Assembly (NCBI RefSeq): GCF_000027125.1
Contig: NC_017626.1
Strand: one strand, 5' to 3'
DNA: 64,000 bases
Source of the DNA: Escherichia coli 042
GTDB lineage: Bacteria > Pseudomonadota > Gammaproteobacteria > Enterobacterales > Enterobacteriaceae
Under the pieces are notes generated by a model that saw nothing but the letters and a program-made list of their open reading frames with translations, made no database searches and was not told where the DNA came from. This document shows, piece after piece, positions 62,518-64,000 of this stretch (positions are counted from its first letter, which is position 1; the number at the start of each line of letters is the position of its first letter). A program made the position numbers and the translations under genes.

Positions 62518-62798
62518 GTATGATTCACGACAGCAAAGCGGAAGATCTGGAGGCTAAAGGCCTGTACCGGAGAGCGGCAGCCCGATGGGCTGAGGTCATG
62601 CAACAGGTGAACACCGATAAGGAGCGCGAACAGGCAGTAAAGCGTCGCGCGAAATGTATCCACAAGGCAGCACGTTCGCCCGTCATGCTGGATAATTTCG
62701 GGGGCTTGAGAGAGGCAGCAAACCGCACACAGGCGGATATGGGGATAGAAATCGCAAAATCTGTCTGGCGGAACTACCAGACAGACAAGGTTTTATAG
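62514..62798 (+). CDS. PerC-family transcriptional regulator-like protein
   Basis: 94-aa ORF; AEDLEAKGLYRRAAARWAEVM resembles the PerC family signature; start overlaps preceding stop. Confidence 0.5.
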   Translation: MSMIHDSKAEDLEAKGLYRRAAARWAEVMQQVNTDKEREQAVKRRAKCIHKAARSPVMLDNFGGLREAANRTQADMGIEIAKSVWRNYQTDKVL

Positions 62799-62863
62799 TG
62801 GCAGTTCTGCATTATTTTTTGTGTTATTGAGTTGTAGAGCGTTTCAGGAGTTTTTTGAATCAC

Positions 62864-63064
62864 ATGAACGTTTCGCTGGTGGATATTCTTGACAAGTTGC
62901 AGCCAGGCCGACGCGTGCCAGCTCGCCGCAGTGCCTGGCATCTTCCGTACATCGTCTTTCTCGAACGGCGCGGAAACGATTTGATTGCGTTGAATCCCGT
63001 CACAAAGGATAGCGTTACGCTATCTCCTGAGAGTCTACTAGCCACAGACTGGGAGTACTGCTAA
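62864..63064 (+). CDS. hypothetical small protein
   Basis: 66-aa ORF from ATG 62864 (ORF track begins at TTG 62855); AGGAG upstream. Confidence 0.4.
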   Translation: MNVSLVDILDKLQPGRRVPARRSAWHLPYIVFLERRGNDLIALNPVTKDSVTLSPESLLATDWEYC

Positions 63065-63131
63065 ACACAAACGCATCGAGGGTGCTGGCGTGTTGCCAGC
63101 CCCACCCCCTCCGAAATGATCCCCCAAAAAG

Positions 63132-63349
63132 TGCAAAATGATCCCCCATTAACGAACAGAAAACAAACAAAGAGCAACAAATAATCATTATTTACAATTC
63201 TTGACAAAAACACCCCCTATTTATAACCCTACCAAATTTAAAATTACATCTACAAAACAATAAGTTACAAAATCAGCAACGGATCATTTCGGAAAAAACG
63301 GTTAGTCCCTTTTTCGAAAAGGGATCATTTTGTTGCTTAAACTCATATG
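63132..63349. promoter_or_regulatory. four GATC-containing 9-bp repeats (AAATGATCC) bracketing a promoter-like element
   Basis: Direct copies at 63132 and 63154 (22-bp spacing); inverted copies GGATCATTT at 63300 and 63341; second inverted copy abuts palindrome CCCTTTTtcgAAAAGGG. Confidence 0.5.
63220..63246 (+). promoter_or_regulatory. putative sigma70 promoter
   Basis: TTGACA (63220..63225), 15-bp spacer, TATAAC (63241..63246); no ORF downstream. Confidence 0.35.
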
Positions 63350-63597
63350 CGGATTACATATCAATACGCTAGTGATAGCCGTTCTGGAATGCCACAGAAA
63401 CGCGCTGTAATCGATTCTGGCGCAATTAGCTGTGCTAGGTAATGATTTACCTATCTGGGGATGTTGCGCACGTCTGGATTGCGTTACCACCGAAGATTGT
63501 GCGCATATGGTGGCTGTTACGGTGGCCTCCCGACAACGCAAAATTGCGGCGGCACAGTCGGTTTACCGCGCTAACACGGCTTGATTCACTCGCTCGA

Positions 63598-63742
63598 CTT
63601 GTCCCACCTCCCCCCCCAACTTGTCCCAAAACAGCCTAGACTTGTCCCACCTTACCTAATTTATTTCTAACAAAATCAATTTGTTAGGTGCTGGTGGGAC
63701 AGGTGGGACGGGTGGGACGGGTGGTTTTGTATATATATATAC
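63598..63742. repeat. second iteron cluster with the same core as the primase-proximal ori, plus a (TA)6 tract
   Basis: CTTGTCCCA x3 at 63598, 63620, 63641 (21-22-bp spacing); AT-rich spacer; tandem GGTGGGAC x3 at 63693, 63702, 63711 (9-bp period); GTATATATATATAC at 63729. Confidence 0.55.
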
Positions 63743-64000
63743 GAAAAATTGCATTCAGGAGGGGGGCGAAATTCCTGCAATCCATTACTTATGGAACTGT
63801 CCGCCCCGTCAAATTTTTACGCCCGCGCAATTAAAAAAATGCGTCACGCAGGTGGGCATGATGCCGATATGCTTGTCGGGTTCAGCTTTTTAAGGCGGCT
63901 GTAGATGTCAGGTTATCCGTGCTCATCCACCAGCCAGCTTCATAGCGGATAGCCGGAAAATGGTAACGGTTAAAGCTGTACATTTTTGCAGCAAATCATT

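Larger units (their letters stand above)
55913..64000 (+). mobile_element. integrated genomic island adjacent to tRNA-Pro (P4-type integrase, AlpA, primase-helicase, iteron ori); PICI / P4-like satellite architecture; right end beyond window
   Basis: tRNA-adjacent tyrosine integrase followed by alpA, replication module and iterons; backbone gene order ends at proL. Confidence 0.7.

Noticed and set aside
63103-63119. Hairpin GCTGGCgtgttGCCAGC after the last island ORF considered as a terminator
   Set aside because: Followed by a C-rich rather than T-rich tract, so it is not a canonical intrinsic terminator; left unannotated.
63693-63724. Tandem 9-bp repeats considered as a possible CRISPR or VNTR
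   Set aside because: No spacer-repeat structure and the repeat is far too short for CRISPR; it matches the iteron core used elsewhere in the island, so it is interpreted as protein-binding iterons.
63681-63893. 70-aa ORF beginning MLGAGGTGGTGGTGG
   Set aside because: The Gly-Thr repeats are simply the translation of the tandem GGTGGGAC iterons and the (TA)n tract; no RBS; an artefact of the repeats.
63791-63904. 37-aa ORF (MELSAPSNFYARAIKK...) near the window end
   Set aside because: No convincing RBS at the right spacing, very short, and cut close to the window edge; insufficient support.
55913-64000. Search for attR, a direct repeat of the tRNA-Pro 3' end, within the visible island
   Set aside because: No second copy of the tRNA 3'-end sequence was seen by eye between 55913 and 64000; the right boundary is presumed to lie beyond the window, so island size cannot be stated.

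Overview
The window is an Escherichia coli chromosomal segment whose gene order and protein translations match, from memory, the K-12-like core region dusC'-yohJK-cdd-sanA-yeiS-preTA-mglCAB-galS-yeiB-folE-yeiG-cirA-lysP-yeiE-yeiH-nfo-yeiI-nupX-rihB-yeiL-psuTGK-fruAKB-setB-yeiW-yeiP-yeiQ-yeiR-lpxT-mepS-rtn-yejABEF-yejG-bcr-rsuA-radD-rplY-ndpA-yejL-yejM, ending at tRNA-Pro (proL, 55836..55912). Two things depart from an ordinary core region. (1) preA carries an in-frame TAA at 5538..5540 that splits an otherwise intact reading frame. (2) Directly downstream of proL, from about 55.9 kb to the window end, lies the left part of an integrated mobile element: P4-type tyrosine integrase, AlpA-like regulator, an ORF-free block ending in a strong intrinsic terminator, three small ORFs (one possibly Icd-like), a large Toprim/P-loop primase-helicase, an iteron-type origin, an SSB with a DEIPF tail, a ProQ/FinO-domain protein, a PerC-like regulator and a small orphan ORF. 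It ends in an ORF-free block of about 0.9 kb holding a promoter-like element bracketed by four GATC-containing repeats and a second, larger cluster of the same TTGTCCCAC iteron next to a (TA)n tract. The architecture resembles a phage-inducible chromosomal island or P4-like satellite. Its right boundary and most cargo lie beyond 64000, and I saw no recognisable defence or effector enzyme domain in the visible part; the strongest candidates for something undescribed are the duplicated iteron clusters and the GATC-repeat control region. All calls rest on reading the sequence and the supplied ORF translations; no database search was run.
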